Positions 10,217-23,444 of a DNA stretch of 64,000 bases are shown piece after piece. Position numbers and translations under genes: made by a program. Each line of letters starts with the position of its first letter. Position 1 is the first letter of the stretch. The DNA comes from an uncultured Gammaproteobacteria bacterium (lineage in GTDB: Bacteria > Pseudomonadota > Gammaproteobacteria > Steroidobacterales > Steroidobacteraceae), in NCBI GenBank assembly GCA_963794445.1, contig CAWCDZ010000001.1, positions 177,190 to 241,189 of the forward strand. The letters are read 5' to 3'. The notes below the pieces were generated by a model that was not told the DNA's origin, searched no databases, and worked only from the letters and a program-made list of their open reading frames with translations.

Positions 10217-11119
10217 TTAGATGTCGGGGCTTCCGTTGTGGCGCGCCGCGGCCCCAGTGCAGCTTGGAGCGCAGCAGCCGATAGTAGTCATAGCCCGGCG
10301 GGTGCAGCAGCGTGATTTGCGCATCGGCGCCCTCGACATACAAATTATCGCCTTGCTCCAAATCGCCGATCGCGGTGCCGTCGCAGGTTACCTGCGCGCG
10401 CGATTCGAAACGATCCGACATGCGCAGCGCAATTTTGCTGCCGGCGCGCACCACGATCGGCCGGTCGCTCAAGGTGTGCGGGCGAGATCGGCGCCAACAC
10501 CCACACATCGAGATCCGGCTCGACGATCGGTCCGCCGCAGGAGAGCGCGTAGGCCGTCGAGCCGGTCGCCGTGGCGATCACCATGCCGTCGCCGCCGTGC
10601 GAATTGACGAACCGCCCGTTGATGGAGGTCTCGAAATCCATGGTCCGTCCGGTCTCCCATTTGTTGACCACGACATCGTTCAACGCCAGCGCGCGCGCGA
10701 CCCGGCCGTCGTGGCTTTCCAGCCGCGCCGCCAGCAGCGAGCGGCGGTCTTCGCTGTAATCGCCGGCGAGCACGGTGTCGACATCTTCGAGCATCGAGGC
10801 GGGGCTCACGTCGGTGAGAAATCCCAAACGGCCGCGATTGACGCCGAGCAGGGGCACCGAATGGCCGGCCACCAGTCGCGCGGCGTACAGCAGCGTGCCG
10901 TCGCCGCCGATGGCGACGATCAGGTCGGCGCGGGTTGCGAAGGCTTGTTCCGGACACAGCACGACGCTGCCTGCCTTGAAGGCCAGACCCACGCCGGGGT
11001 CGACCAGCACCGGCACGCCGCGCGCATGAAAGTGCGCGGCCAGGCCCAGCATGCATTCGGCGACGCGCAAATCTTTGGCGTTGCCCACCAAGGCGATGGA
11101 CTTGAAATACCTGAGGCAT
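10217..11119 (-). CDS. nadK: NAD kinase (frame changes near the start, near 10480 and probably near the stop)
   Basis: FKSIALVGN, DLIVAIGGDGTLL, GVNRGRLGFLTD, NDVVV and GDGMVIATATGSTAYALSCGGPIV are in ORF 10345..11178. PHTLSDRPIVV...LRSKLHWG is in ORF 10110..10508. The ends are approximate. Confidence 0.85.
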
Positions 11120-11180
11120 GATCGATTATAGCCCTCCCTCTGGACTTGACTTCGGCCGGATGCGCTAGATAGCTTCAAAC

Positions 11181-12254
11181 ATGTTATATGGACCTACTAT
11201 GACAGAAGGTACCGAGGAAGGACTCAACGAGCGCGCGCAGCTGCTGCTCAAGGCCCTGATCGAGAATTACATTCGCGAAGGCCAGCCGGTGGGATCGCGA
11301 ACCCTGTCGCGCGATTCCGGACTCAGCCTCTCCTCGGCGACCATTCGCAATGTCATGGCCGACTTGGAAGACCTGGGCTTCGTCGCGTCGCCTCACACCT
11401 CCGCCGGCCGCATACCCACCGACAAGGGGTACCGGTTTTTCGTCGACACGCTTCTCAAGCTCAAGCCCCTGCATCACGAGGAAATCGAGGATATCGAGCG
11501 GCGCTTGGGCTCGGAAGCGGCCAGCGGCCGTTCCTTGGTGCAGACGGTGTCTCAGATGCTTTCCAGCGTCTCGCACATGGCCGGTTTGGTGACATTGCCG
11601 AACCCGCACTACATCGCGCTGACGCAGATCGAATTCGTCTCATTGTCCGAAAATCGTGCCCTCGCCATCATGGTCATGAGCAACCGCGAGGTGCAGAACC
11701 GCGTGGTGCAGCTGGATCGCTATCATTCCCCCGAGGAGCTGCGCCGCGCCGCCAACTACCTGAATGAGGCCTTCGCCGGGCGTTCGCTGCCGGATGTACG
11801 CGCCCAGCTGCTGGCGCAGCTGCAGGAGACGCGCCAGCACATGGACCAGCTCATGCGCGACGCCATCCAAGTCGCGCAGAAGGTCTTCGACAGCGCCCCC
11901 GCGGAGCGGGTGGAGTATGTGATCGCCGGCGAAACCAATCTCATGGGATTCGCCGAGCTATCCAACATCGATCGACTGCGGCGGCTGTTCGAGGCCTTCA
12001 ACGAAAAGCACGACATCTTGAGGCTCTTGGATAGCTGCCTGCGCGCCGATGGCATTCAGATCTTCATTGGCCAGGAGTCGGGCTACCGGATTCTCGACGA
12101 CATCAGCGTGGTTACCGCGCCCTACATGGTCGACAACCAGGTGGTCGGGGTCTTGGGGATCATTGGCCCGACCCGCATGGCCTATGAGCGAGTCATTCCC
12201 ATCGTCGATATCACGGCCAAGCTGTTGGGTTCGGCCTTGAACGCTCGCAAATAG
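11181..12254 (+). CDS. hrcA: heat-inducible transcription repressor HrcA
   Basis: Intact ORF with LNERAQLLLKALIENYIREGQPVGSRTL and IATIRNVMADLEDLGF. An alternative start is the ATG at 11199. Confidence 0.95.
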   Translation: MLYGPTMTEGTEEGLNERAQLLLKALIENYIREGQPVGSRTLSRDSGLSLSSATIRNVMADLEDLGFVASPHTSAGRIPTDKGYRFFVDTLLKLKPLHHEEIEDIERRLGSEAASGRSLVQTVSQMLSSVSHMAGLVTLPNPHYIALTQIEFVSLSENRALAIMVMSNREVQNRVVQLDRYHSPEELRRAANYLNEAFAGRSLPDVRAQLLAQLQETRQHMDQLMRDAIQVAQKVFDSAPAERVEYVIAGETNLMGFAELSNIDRLRRLFEAFNEKHDILRLLDSCLRADGIQIFIGQESGYRILDDISVVTAPYMVDNQVVGVLGIIGPTRMAYERVIPIVDITAKLLGSALNARK

Positions 12255-12275
12255 CCCCCAAAATGTACCCTTCGA

Positions 12276-12299
12276 GCGGCTCCTTAAGCCGCCTGTTTT
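12276..12299 (+). terminator. weak hairpin + T-run after hrcA
   Basis: GCGGCT-ccTTa-AGCCGC followed by CTGTTTT. The stem is only 6 bp. Confidence 0.3.
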
Positions 12300-12314
12300 C
12301 GAGGCTGTAAACGC

Positions 12315-12871
12315 GTGAATGACAACAACCCAGTATCGGCGGCCGATATGGCACGATGCAGGCCCGGCGCCCGAAGGCGGCTGCAGGCACGGCATTGGCG
12401 GCGGCGGAGGCCAAGGCAAACGAGAATTGGAACAGCTACCTGCGCGCCGTCGCGGAGCTGGAGAACTACCGCAAACGCATGGACCGGGAGCTGGAAAACG
12501 CCCGCAAGTACGCCATCGAGCGCTTCGCGCAGGAGCTGGTCAGCGTCGCGGATTCACTGGAGGCCGGTATCAATGCCGGGGAGGCCGGTATCGATGCCGG
12601 TGCGGCGAATTCCGGCTCGGCTCTGCTCGAGGGCTCAACGGCGACCCTGAAGCAGCTGCTGCGGGCTTTCGACAAGGCGGGCATCAAGGTGATCGACCCC
12701 AAGGGTCAGCCCTTCGACCCGGCCTGGCACGAGGCCATGATCGCTCAAGCGAGCGCCGATGCGCCCGCCAACACCGTGTTGTCGGTGATTCAGAAGGGTT
12801 ATTCCCTGAATGGGCGGTTGCTGCGCCCGGCACGGGTCGTCGTCAGCAAGGCAGGCCGAATCGGCAATTGA
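12315..12871 (+). CDS. grpE: nucleotide exchange factor GrpE (core 12356..12871; N-terminus possibly frame-broken)
   Basis: YLRAVAELENYRKR, AIERFAQELV and KGQPFDPAWHEAM...GYSLNGRLLRPARVVVS. A GTG at 12315 (VNDNNPVSAADMA) may be the true start, reached through 1-2 frame changes. Confidence 0.9.
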
Positions 12872-12933
12872 AAAATACGCCGAATGTCCCCAGGTAGGGT
12901 CACAACGTTTCGAATTTTTAGAGGGTTTTCACA

Positions 12934-14881
12934 ATGGCTAAAATGATTGGCATCGATCTTGGCACGACGAATTCTTGCGTCGCGATCATGGAGGGCGGCA
13001 AGCCCAAAGTCATCGAGAACAGCGAAGGGGATCGCACGACGCCGTCGATCGTCGCCTTCACCAAGGATGGCGAGGTACTGGTCGGACAATCCGCCAAGCG
13101 CCAGGCCGTCACCAACCCCGCCAACACCATCGCCGCGGTGAAGCGCCTCATCGGCCGCAAATTCACCGACGAAGTGGTGAAGAAAGACATGAGCATGGTC
13201 TCCTACAAGATCGTCAAGGCCGATAACGGCGACGCTTGGGTCGAAGTGCAGGGCAAGAAAATGGCGCCCCCGGAGGTCTCGGCGCGCGTGCTCATGAAGA
13301 TGAAAAAGACCGCCGAGGATTATCTGGGCGAGACCGTGACCGAAGCGGTCATCACGGTGCCGGCCTACTTCAACGACTCGCAGCGCCAGGCGACCAAGGA
13401 CGCCGGCCGCATCGCCGGCTTGAACGTCAAGCGCATCATCAACGAGCCCACCGCGGCCGCGCTGGCCTACGGCCTGGACAAGGACGGCGGCGACCGCAAG
13501 ATCGCCGTGTACGACCTGGGCGGCGGCACTTTCGACGTGTCGGTCATCGAAATCGCCGAAGTGGACGGCGAGCGTCAATTCGAAGTGCTCTCGACCAATG
13601 GCGATACCTTCCTGGGCGGCGAGGACTTCGACCTTCGCGTCATCAATTACTTGGCGGACGAGTTCAAGAAGGAAAGCGGCATCGATGTGCGCAAGGATCC
13701 GCTTGCCATGCAGCGCCTGAAAGAAGCCGCCGAAAAGGCCAAGATCGAGCTGTCCTCGAGCCAGCAGACCGAAATCAATCTGCCGTACATCACGGCGGAT
13801 GCCGCGGGCCCCAAGCATCTGAACATGAAGCTGACCCGGGCCAAGCTCGAATCGCTGGTCGAGGATCTGGTGCAGAAGACCATGGAGCCTTGCCGCATTG
13901 CGCTGAAGGATGCGGGCCTGTCCATGAAGGACGTGGGCGAAGTCATCCTGGTCGGCGGCCAGACCCGCATGCCCATGGTGCAGCAGGCGGTCAAGGATTT
14001 TTCGGCAAGGAGCCGCGCAAGGACGTGAACCCGGATGAAGCGGTGGCCGTGGGTGCCGCGATTCAGGGCGGCGTGCTGTCGGGCGACGTGAAGGACGTGC
14101 TGCTGCTCGACGTGACGCCACTGTCCTTGGGCATCGAAACCCTCGGCGGCGTCATGACCAAGGTGATCGAGAAGAACACCACCATTCCGACCAAGGCGTC
14201 GCAGACGTTCTCGACCGCGGACGACAATCAGACCGGGCGTGACCATCCACGTGCTGCAGGGCGAGCGCGAGCGCTCGAGCGACAACAAGTCGCTGGGCCG
14301 CTTCGACCTCACGGATATTCCGCCTGCGCCGCGCGGCATGCCGCAGATCGAAGTCGCCTTCGACATCGACGCCAACGGCATCTTGAACGTCTCGGCGAAG
14401 GACGTGAAAACCGGCAAGGAACAGCGCATCGTCATCAAGGCCTCGAGCGGTTTGTCGGAGGCGGAGATCAAGCGCATGGTGTCGGACGCCGAGGCGCATG
14501 CCGAGGAGGACAAGCAGTTCCGCGAACTGGTGGGCGCACGCAACAAGGCCGATGCCACCATTCACACGGTGGAAAAGGCGCTCAAGGATGCCGGCGACAA
14601 GGTCTCCGAGGATCGAGAAGAAGGCGGCCAACGATGCGATGGCGGCGTTGAAGAGCGCGATGAGCGGCGATGACCGCGAGGACATCGAGCGCAAGACGAC
14701 CGGCGCTGGAGCAGGCCTCGAGCGCGCTCATGCAGAAGATGTACGAGCAGTCCGCGGCGGGCGCGGGCGCCTCGGCACCGGCGGCGCCGAGAGCGGATCG
14801 GCTGGACAGCATGCACCCAAGGAGGATGTGCTGGACGCGGAGTTCGAGGAAGTGAAGGACAGCGATCGCAAGAAGGCCTAG
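12934..14881 (+). CDS. dnaK: chaperone DnaK/Hsp70 (about 5 frame changes)
   Basis: [22 protein letters not shown] and [11 protein letters not shown] are in ORF 12934..14028. [23 protein letters not shown] follows in a second frame, then IHVLQGERE...[13 protein letters not shown] in ORF 14239..14673, and the tail [13 protein letters not shown] in 14498..14881. The first break is at the T-run 13998-14002. Confidence 0.95.
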
Positions 14882-14927
14882 CGGCGCTGCTGATGCGGTA
14901 GATTGTGATGCGTTAGATGCTGAATGA

Positions 14928-14963
14928 AACCGCCGGTATGCAGAGTGCCGGCGGTTCGTTTTT
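14928..14963 (+). terminator. rho-independent terminator/attenuator between dnaK and dnaJ
   Basis: Perfect 9-bp stem AACCGCCGG...CCGGCGGTT followed by CGTTTTT. Confidence 0.65.
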
Positions 14964-14990
14964 ATGGGACGGGCCTCATAGGGTAGAGTA

Positions 14991-16118
14991 ATGGCGAAGC
15001 AGGATTACTACAAACTCCTCGACTTGCCGCGCAACGCGTCGGAAGCCGAGATCAAGAAGGCATACCGCCGCCTCGCGATGAAATATCATCCGGATCGCAA
15101 TCCCGACGACCCGGAAGCGGAACACAAGCTTCAAGGAAGCCAAGGAGGCGTACGAGGTGCTGTGCGATTCGCACAAGCGCGCCGTCTACGACCAGTTCGG
15201 ACACGCGGGCCTCGAGGGCGGCCGCGGCGGGGGCTTCAGCGCCGGCGAAGCGTTCGGCGACATTTTCGGGGAAATGTTCGGCGACATCTTTTCCGGCGGC
15301 CAGCGCGGCCGAACCCAGGTGTTTCGAGGCGCAGACCTGCGCTACGAACTCGAATTGGATCTCGAGCAGGCGGTGTTCGGCACCGAAACCGAGATTCACG
15401 ATCCCGTCCATGGCGCGAGTGCAAGACCTGCAAAGGGCACGGGCGCCGCCAAGGGTTCCACGCCCGAAGACCTGCGATACCTGCAATGGCCAGGGTCAGG
15501 TCCGGGTGCAGCAGTCGATCTTCACCATCCAACAGCCCTGTCCGCGCTGCAAGGGCCGCGGCAAGATCATCTGCAATCCCTGCGATACCTGCTTCGGCCA
15601 GGGTCGGGTCCGGCAGGAAAAGACCCTGCCGGTCAAAGTGCCGGCGGGCGTCGATACGGGTGATCGCATTCGTCTGAACGGGGAGGGTGAAGCGGGGCGC
15701 AACGGCGGTCCGGCCGGGGACCTCTATGTCGAGATTCGAGTGCAGCGAGCACGCGATCTTCGAGCGCGAAGGCAGCCATTTGTCCTGCGAAGTGCCCATC
15801 AGCTTTGTCACGGCCGCGCTCGGCGGCATCGGTCGAAGTGCCGACTCTCGATGGCGAGGTCATTCTCAAGATTCCCGCCGAAACCCAGTCTGGCCGCGTG
15901 TTTCGCATGCGCGAGAAGGGCGTGCGTCCGGTGCGCGGCGGCGCACCCGGCGACTTGTTCTGCCGCGTCGTGGTCGAAACGCCGGTGAGTTTGCGCGGCG
16001 AACAGAAGGAAATGCTGCGCAAGTTCGCCGAGTCGTTGGAACAGGGCAGCCACCAGCCGCAAGCGAACAGACCTTTTTCGAGGGCGTAAAGAAGTTCTTT
16101 ACGCGCGCGGTAGAATAG
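14991..16118 (+). CDS. dnaJ: co-chaperone DnaJ (at least 5 frame changes)
   Basis: The J-domain ([33 protein letters not shown]) starts at 14991. The G/F region, CxxCxGxG zinc-finger repeats ([24 protein letters not shown]) and the C-terminal domain ([27 protein letters not shown]) are collinear across four ORF-track frames. The last frame ends FFEGVKKFF... at 16118. Confidence 0.9.
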
Positions 16119-16921
16119 GTGCCGCCGGGCTCGCTGACCGTCTTCGGCATCACCGGCCGCATGGGACAGTCGCTGATTCGAGCGCTGCGCGAGACTTCAG
16201 AGTTCCAGCTGTGCGGCGCGCTCGCCTCGGCGGGCAGTTCGCGGCTTGGATTGGATGCGGCCGCGGACGGGCAGCCGACCGGCGTGAGGATCACGGCGGA
16301 TCCCGGCGCGGCCCTCGAGGGGGCTTCGGTGGCGCTCGATTTCAGCGTGGGCGGTGCGGTTGCTCTGCATGCGCAAGCGTGCGCCCGCGCCACGGTGCCG
16401 CTGCTCGTGGGGGCGACCGGGTTCGACGCGCCTGCGAAGGCGGAACTTACGCGTGCGGCGCAGTCGATTGCCGGTGCTGATCGCGCCCAATACCAGCCTC
16501 GCCGTCGCGCGTATTGAATGAGTTGGCCGCTGCGGCGGCCCGGGCCCTGGGCAGCGCCTACGATGTGGAGATTTCGGAGGCGCACCACCGGCAGAAGCGC
16601 GATGCGCCCTCCGGCACGGCCTTGAATTTGGGCGAGGCCATCGCCAGGTCGCGCGGCGTGAGCTTCAGTGAAGCCGCGGTTTTCGAGCGCCAGGGTATCA
16701 GTGCCCCACGGCGCCCCGGCAGCATCGGTTTCTCGGTGGTGCGGGCCGGCGACATCGTCGGCGAGCACACCGTGACATTCAGTGGAGCGGGGGAGCGGCT
16801 GGAAATCACCCATCGGGCCACGGACCGGATCACCTTCGCCCGAGGAGCCTTGCGGGCCGCCGGCTGGCTGATCGGACAGCCCCCGGGGCTTTATGGCATG
16901 AAGGATGTGCTCGGACTTTGA
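16119..16921 (+). CDS. dapB: 4-hydroxy-tetrahydrodipicolinate reductase (one frame change near 16490)
   Basis: GITGRMGQSLIRAL is in ORF 16119..16517. EAHHRQKRDAPSGTAL and GEHTVTF...ERLEITHRA are in ORF 16514..16921. Confidence 0.9.
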
Positions 16922-16994
16922 GAAGAAGCATAGACAGTGATCGCGGGCATCGTTAATATTCGCGCCCGGAAACTGATCGCGAATCAACCCATGA

Positions 16995-17063
16995 AGCGGG
17001 AGGACGTTCTTAAGAGCGCCTCCCGCTTTGCGCATCTGCGTCAACGCGCCGTAGCGCAAAGCG
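16995..17063 (+). promoter_or_regulatory. two mutually exclusive hairpins in the carA leader (candidate attenuator)
   Basis: Hairpin 1 is AGCGGGAGG(16995)...CCTCCCGCT(17027). Hairpin 2 is CGCTTTGCGC(17024)...GCGCAAAGCG(17063). They share CGCT. A short ORF starts at the ATG at 16991. Confidence 0.3.
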
Positions 17064-17073
17064 AGGAACCGGA

Positions 17074-18253
17074 GTGTCGACCCCTGCAGTGCTAGCTCTC
17101 GAAGATGGCACCGTGTTCCGAGGCGTCTCAGTAGGCGCGAAAGGCAACACGACAGGTGAAGTAGTTTTCAATACGGCGATGACCGGGTACCAGGAAATCC
17201 TTACCGATCCTTCGTACTGCCGACAGATCGTCACCCTGACCTATCCGCACATCGGCAACACCGGCGCGACGCCGGAAGATCTCGAGTCGGGCGCGGTTTA
17301 CGCCGCCGGCCTGGTGATTCGCGACCTGCCGCTGCTGCATTCGAACTGGCGCGCCACCGAGTCCTTGCAGAGTTTTTTGCTTCGCTGCAAGGTGGTGGCC
17401 ATCGCCGACATCGATACCCGCAAACTCACCCGGCTGTTGCGCGAGAAGGGAGCGCAATCGGGGTGCATCATGACGGGCGAGAACATCGATCAAAACGCCG
17501 CGGTGCGCGCCGCCAAGAAATTTCCCGGCTTGAAGGGCATGGACCTGGCCAAGGCGGTTTCGACCAAGAAAATCTATCAGTGGAACGACGGACTGATCTG
17601 GAAGACCGCCGCCAAACCGCCGCGCCCGCAGAGCCGCCTGCACGTGGTCGCCTATGACTATCGGCATGAAGCGCAGCATCTTGAGGATATCTGGCGGAAC
17701 ACGGCTGCCGCATGACGGTAGTGCCCGCACAAACGCCGGCAGATCAAGTGCTTGCGATGAATCCTGACGGTATCTTCTTAACCAATGGACCGGGGGATCC
17801 CGAGCCCTGCGATTACGCCATCGAAGCAATCGCCAAGTTCTTGGAGACCGACATACCGGTGTTCGGGATATGCCTGGGACACCAATTGCTCGGGCTCGCG
17901 AGCGGGGCGAAAACCATCAAGATGAAGTTCGGCCATCACGGCGCCAATCACCCGGTGCTGGAAATCGATTCCGGCCGTGTACTGATATCCAGCCAGAACC
18001 ATGGTTTTGCGGTGGATGAAGCGACGCTGCCGGAGACCTTGCGCCCGACGCATCGCTCGCTGTTCGACGGCTCGCTGCAGGGTGTCGCCCGCACCGATCG
18101 GCCGGCTTTCAGCTTCCAGGGACATCCCGAGGCGAGCCCCGGCCCGCACGACCTGCGGCTGCTGTTCGAGCACTTCATGTACTTGATGGTAAAGCGCATG
18201 CAGGCCAACTCCCGCGGGCGCACCCCGGTCAAGCAAAAATCGGCGGAAGGCTA

Positions 18254-18254
<1 letters not shown>
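17074..18254 (+). CDS. carA: carbamoyl-phosphate synthase small subunit (two single-base insertions near 17662 and 17690)
   Basis: [11 protein letters not shown] and [12 protein letters not shown] are in ORF 17074..17715. [15 protein letters not shown] and SQNHGFAV are in ORF 17712..18254. The bridging peptide [21 protein letters not shown] is recovered by removing two bases. Confidence 0.93.
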
Positions 18255-21473
<3,219 letters not shown>

Positions 21474-21477
<4 letters not shown>

Positions 21478-21951
21478 CCCGGACTCCCATGACGCTGCGC
21501 GGCGCCGAGCGGTTGCGCGAAGAACTGAAGCAGCTGAAGAGCGAGGCGCGGCCGAATGTCATCAAGGCCATCGCCGAGGCGCGCGCGCACGGCGATTTGA
21601 GCGAGAACGCCGAGTACCACGCCGCGCGCGAGCAGCAGAGCTTCATCGAAGGGCGCATCAACCAAATCGAGAATCGCCTGTAGCAACGCCGAGGTGATCG
21701 ACGTCACCAAGCTTACCGCCAACGGACGCGTGGTCTTCGGATCGACGCTCGAGCTGGAGGATCAGGACGGCGGCAACAAGGTGATCTATCAGCTGGTCGG
21801 CGATGATGAGGCCAATATCAAGCAAGGGCTGCTGTCGGTGTCCTCGCCGATTGCGCGCGCGCTCATCGGCAAGTCCGAGGGCGATGTCGTCGATGTCACC
21901 ACGCCGGGCGGAACTCGAAGCTACGAAATCGTGTCCGTCCGTTACGTGTAG
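21474..21951 (+). CDS. greA: transcription elongation factor GreA (one inserted base near 21681)
   Basis: [13 protein letters not shown]...[23 protein letters not shown] is followed, after the shift, by [11 protein letters not shown]...[10 protein letters not shown]. The GTG at 21474 overlaps the carB stop. Confidence 0.92.
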
Positions 21952-21956
21952 GAATC

Positions 21957-22364
21957 GTGAGGATTTTGGCGCGCACCTGGCGGGTGCTCACCGTGCTGTG
22001 GGCGGGCAGCCTGTGGTCGCTGCTGTGGGTCGCGGCGGTGGTGTTTCACCTGCAAGGCGATCGGCATACCGCCGGTCTGATCGCCGGCCGGCTTTTCAGC
22101 ATCGAGACTTACCTGGGACTCGGCGTCGCGGCGCTGGCGCTGCTGCTGCCGGTTCGCGCGCGATTTTGGCCCGGATTTGTCGCAGCCGGCTTGCTCTCGA
22201 TCAACGAATGGATCTTGAAGGCGGCCATGATTCGTGCGCAGATGCACGGCGGCAGCGCGTATTTGAGTTTTGGTGCGTGGCACGGCATCTCGGCGGCCCT
22301 TTACGTGCTGGCCTGCCTGTGCGTCTTAGCTCTGATCTACCAGGATGAATATCGGCATGCCTGA
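21957..22364 (+). CDS. hypothetical 4-TM membrane protein (DUF4149-like by position and topology)
   Basis: Intact hydrophobic ORF between greA and yhbY. The family call is tentative. Confidence 0.55.
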   Translation: MRILARTWRVLTVLWAGSLWSLLWVAAVVFHLQGDRHTAGLIAGRLFSIETYLGLGVAALALLLPVRARFWPGFVAAGLLSINEWILKAAMIRAQMHGGSAYLSFGAWHGISAALYVLACLCVLALIYQDEYRHA

Positions 22365-22431
22365 TAGACGCCGGCACCGGCTCAGGCCGCGGATGCGGCC
22401 CGGCGAGCCGTGACACTTTGCAAATCTTTTC

Positions 22432-22732
22432 TCAGGCGTCGGGCAGGAGAATCTTCGGCAACCGTGGGCTGCGGCGGTAGAACAGGCCGACGTTGCCGAT
22501 GCGTTGCACGATGTCGCTGGAAGTTTGCCGGGCCAAATCCTCGAGCGCCGCGTCGCGGGCGCCCCGATCCCCGACCCGGGCGGACACCTTGACCAATTCG
22601 TGATCGGCGAGGGCGCGGTCCAATTCCTTCACCACACCGGTCGGTCAAGCCAGCATTGCCCAGCATGACGAGGGGGTGCAGCGGGTGCCCGAGACGGCGT
22701 AAATGTTTCTTTTGTTTCTCAGAGAGTGTCAT
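22432..22732 (-). CDS. yhbY: RNA-binding protein YhbY (CRS1/YhbY domain; one frame change near 22640)
   Basis: [31 protein letters not shown] comes from the internal ATG at 22732. [16 protein letters not shown]...GNVGLFYRR is in ORF 22432..22635. The gene is divergent from rlmE, as in many proteobacteria. Confidence 0.8.
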
Positions 22733-22757
22733 CGCGCGATTATAGTCGCACGTTAAA

Positions 22758-23385
22758 ATGCCCAAGCGCACTAAAAGCAGTTCCCGCTGGCTGGCCGAGC
22801 ACGCCAACGATGAGTTCGTCAAGCGCGCGCAGAAAGAAGGCTGGCGTTCGCGCGCGGTGTTCAAGCTGGCGCAAATTCAGGAAAGCGAGCGGCTGCTGCG
22901 GCCGGGGATTCGCGTGCGTCGATTTGGGCGCCGCACCGGGCGGCTGGAGCCAGTATGCGGCTCGCATCGTGGGCGGTAAGAGCCGCATCGTGGCCACCGA
23001 CATACTGCCCATGGACGCCATCCCGGGCGTCGATTTCGTCCAGGGCGACTTTCGGGACGAGGCGGTGCTCGAGCAGGTGCTGGAGCGCGTCGGGGCGGAC
23101 AAAATCGAGCTTGTATTGTCGGATATGGCCCCCAACATGGCAGGTATCGATGCGGTGGACCAGCCCCGCTCCATGTATTTGGCGGAACTTGCCATGGAGT
23201 TCGCAGATCGTGTTTTGGCGCCGGGAGGCGATTTGCTCGTGAAATTATTTCAGGGCGCCGGCTTCGAACAGATCATCCGGGAGGCCCGCACTCGATACGG
23301 CCGCGTGGTGACCAAAAAGCCGAAGGCGTCACGAACTCGCAGTCCTGAGATCTATCTGTTGGCGCGGCAGTTTAGGATGGTGTAA
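22758..23385 (+). CDS. rlmE: 23S rRNA (uridine2552-2'-O)-methyltransferase RlmE/FtsJ (one frame change near 22905)
   Basis: [31 protein letters not shown] is followed by [24 protein letters not shown] and KLFQG in ORF 22726..23385. Confidence 0.9.
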
Positions 23386-23444
23386 GTTGAGGAAATGCCC
23401 GTCAAATTTGCTGGTCCTTTGTGTGTGACGGTTGCAGGTGAAAC

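Noticed and set aside
11122-12933. Searched for a CIRCE element (TTAGCACTC-N9-GAGTGCTAA) near hrcA, grpE and dnaK, and for a sigma-32 promoter.
   Set aside because: No CIRCE-like inverted repeat is present in these intergenic regions. CTTGAC...GCTAGATA upstream of hrcA is only a loose promoter resemblance.
12799-14121. Long ORFs antisense to housekeeping genes. Examples are 12799..14121 opposite dnaK, 15866..17059, 18483..19877 and 19375..21423 opposite carB, 30577..31605 and 31626..32708 opposite nuoD-F, 33647..34594, 40466..41287, 42265..43098, and 58977..59918 opposite the propeller.
   Set aside because: They are typical stop-poor antisense frames of high-GC DNA. Their translations are Arg/Gly/Ala/His-rich with no recognisable motifs, while the opposite strand carries unmistakable conserved proteins.
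12934-16118. Programmed ribosomal frameshifting or true pseudogenisation as the explanation for the broken dnaK/dnaJ and other essential genes.
   Set aside because: There are too many breaks per gene and no slippery-site pattern. The breaks fall in genes that cannot all be dispensable, and their distribution is patchy. Sequence error is the economical explanation, and it needs read-level confirmation.
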